Assembly (NCBI GenBank): GCA_963796285.1
Contig: CAWCKW010000013.1
Coordinates: forward strand, 1-64,000
From: Nitrospirota bacterium
GTDB lineage: Bacteria > Nitrospirota > UBA9217
DNA: 64,000 nucleotides
Reading direction: 5' to 3'
In this document: piece after piece, positions 62,331 through 64,000 of the stretch
How positions within the stretch are numbered: position 1 is the first letter of the stretch
How the letters are laid out: each line of letters starts with the position of its first letter
Made by a program: the position numbers and the translations under genes
The notes under the pieces: generated by a model
Told to the model about the DNA's origin: nothing
The model's input: the letters and a program-made list of their open reading frames with translations, nothing else
The model's database searches: none

Positions 62331-63326
62331 TTACTCCTTTTCTACCGGCAGGCCGGCGCCTTTCATTTTCTCCCTGAAGTCATTCTCATATTCCGTGTAG
62401 GTGTGGACGTGAACGGGATAGTTCCAGGGATTGATGTGCCTCTTTTTGCGGCTGTTGTTCGCCAGGTTGCGGGTCGGGCTCATGAAGACGCCGGCCATGT
62501 GCACCAGCTTGCTGAAGGGGAAATAGGCGAACAGCGTGCAGATGAGGAACAGATGGACGTAGAAAATCGAGCCGATGGCCGCGGGAGGGGTGATCGGGCT
62601 GAAGCTGACGAGGCTCATGGCCAGCATCTTCACGCTCACGATGTCTGTTTTATAAAAGTATCTCATCAGCACGCCCGTAAAGCCGATGCTGAATATCAAA
62701 AAGAGAGGGAAGTAATCGTTGATAAGTGAAATATAGCTGAGTTGGGGAATGCCGACCCTCCTCAGGAAAAGATACAACACGGCGCCGAGGAGCACCAGAT
62801 CGGTCATGTACAGGAGCGGTGTGCCGATCTGGAGAAAGCTGTCCAGCCCCTCGACAAGCTGCACAGGAAAAGGCAGCCTCTCGGTGAAGAAGCGGAGATG
62901 CCGGATCAAAATGATGAGAAAAGACCAGTGAAACGCCAAACCCGCCGCCCAGAGCCACTTCGCTTCCCCGTAGGAAAGTTGTTTGTTTTCCCCTAATTGC
63001 GTTTTCAGGTTCCTGAAAAGAGAACGGAAGAAAAAGACTTCGAGCGCCATCCTGCCGAGAACTCCAAGCATGGTGGAAGGGTTTTCCAGTTTGCTCTGCT
63101 TGATCCAAGGGAGCGATTCCTGTTGTCCGCATGTTGTGGGAATGCGGAACGGCACCGGTGAACTTCCCCATTTCAGAACACGGGCTATCATGCCGCCTAT
63201 GAACAAGAGTACCGCCAGATAGGGTATTATGATCCCAAAAAGGTACTGCGCATTAAGCGCCGTCACTCCTGCATAGGCAACCAGTACCAGCGCAAGTACT
63301 ACGATGAAAGATATTAAGACTTTCAT
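62331..63326 (-). CDS. dsrM: DsrM membrane cytochrome b (NarI-like)
   Basis: PVPFRIPTTCGQ, FHWSF...RHLR, YFPFSKLVH.AG.F.SPTRN. Confidence 0.97.
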   Translation of the reverse strand: MKVLISFIVVLALVLVAYAGVTALNAQYLFGIIIPYLAVLLFIGGMIARVLKWGSSPVPFRIPTTCGQQESLPWIKQSKLENPSTMLGVLGRMALEVFFFRSLFRNLKTQLGENKQLSYGEAKWLWAAGLAFHWSFLIILIRHLRFFTERLPFPVQLVEGLDSFLQIGTPLLYMTDLVLLGAVLYLFLRRVGIPQLSYISLINDYFPLFLIFSIGFTGVLMRYFYKTDIVSVKMLAMSLVSFSPITPPAAIGSIFYVHLFLICTLFAYFPFSKLVHMAGVFMSPTRNLANNSRKKRHINPWNYPVHVHTYTEYENDFREKMKGAGLPVEKE

Positions 63327-63380
63327 TTCGTTACCTCTTTTCGTTTAGGTTAGCAGCGCCGGCGGTCTTTGCGCCTTTCG

Positions 63381-63902
63381 TTAATCCTGATTGTCAACGA
63401 TGAGACGCGCCTGCTGCAAAAGCCTGAAGGTCATGTTCCTCGCTTCATTCGCCTTGAGTTCGTAGATCTTTTCCCGGCATTTCATGTAAATGTCAAAAGA
63501 GAAGAGGGCCAGGTCGTCGATTGCCGATTCAAAGACCACCAGTTCCTCGGCAATACCCTGCTGTTTCAGCACCTCGTTTCCAAGCTCCTTCCGCATCACT
63601 ATCTTCAGCTGAAAAATAAACGAAAGGGCGCCGGAAGGATTGAAATCCTGTATGGCCCTGATCCTGATGATACTGTCGAGAAACATGGAAACGTTTTCGG
63701 GAATCATTCCCTGGAGCAACGCGTCAAAGAGTCCCTCGATCCCCTCCGAGATGGTATAGCCCACGGGATTTGTGAACTGCGCTTTCTGCTTTTTCAGAAA
63801 TCCCGCGGTATCCTTCGGATAAGTCTCCGCAACAGCGTCGAACCAGGTTTTCAGGATCGCTGGCTTCTTTTCTATCAAATGTTGTTTAAGATTCATGCTC
63901 AT
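63381..63902 (-). CDS. dsrT: DsrT (RsbRD N-terminal domain protein)
   Basis: FTNPVGYTI, IIRIRAIQDF.PS.AL.F, FDIYMKCRE.IYE; immediately upstream of dsrM. Confidence 0.92.
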   Translation of the reverse strand: MSMNLKQHLIEKKPAILKTWFDAVAETYPKDTAGFLKKQKAQFTNPVGYTISEGIEGLFDALLQGMIPENVSMFLDSIIRIRAIQDFNPSGALSFIFQLKIVMRKELGNEVLKQQGIAEELVVFESAIDDLALFSFDIYMKCREKIYELKANEARNMTFRLLQQARLIVDNQD

Positions 63903-64000
63903 CCTGTGCAGACAGCGGATAATGCAGCAGCGACCACTCTGGGCTATATTGATTAAAAGAACAAGAGGTGTTTGACATCTTGCATTTCCTTCTGAATGTC

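Noticed and set aside
1-64000. tRNA, rRNA or selC genes
   Set aside because: No cloverleaf or rRNA-like conserved sequence was recognised.

Overview
Bacterial chromosomal window from an anaerobe with the Dsr pathway (Nitrospirota- or Desulfobacterota-like; this assignment is inference). Positions ~1-44.9 kb form a mosaic accessory general-stress island. It carries pgm, USP, YtxH, PfpI, a NHEJ operon (two tandem Ku genes, stand-alone LigD polymerase, LigD PE-ligase, DUF72), PqiA, DUF3108, a baeRF-like protein, and a 13-kb two-component cluster built from 8 copies of one PAS module. It also carries an RNB nuclease, PldA, an RpoS-like sigma, TMEM175, a duplicated csbD-BON-lmo0937-DUF3309 module, OmpA/DUF4398 and a sigma54 activator. 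Positions ~45-64 kb are core-type: acs, coaD, rsmD, nfeD-slipin, a selenocysteine formate dehydrogenase (fdnGHI-like), ferredoxin and dsrTMKJOP. Features missed by the ORF track include an attC-like site followed by a 49-aa AP2-like basic mini-protein, a GH13 relic whose end provides the RBS of the next gene, an IS21 istB relic at the island edge, a candidate sigma54 promoter with a palindromic enhancer, and several small proteins. Many genes are split by single-base indels, mostly +1, which are probably long-read consensus errors. No rRNA, tRNA or CRISPR array was seen.
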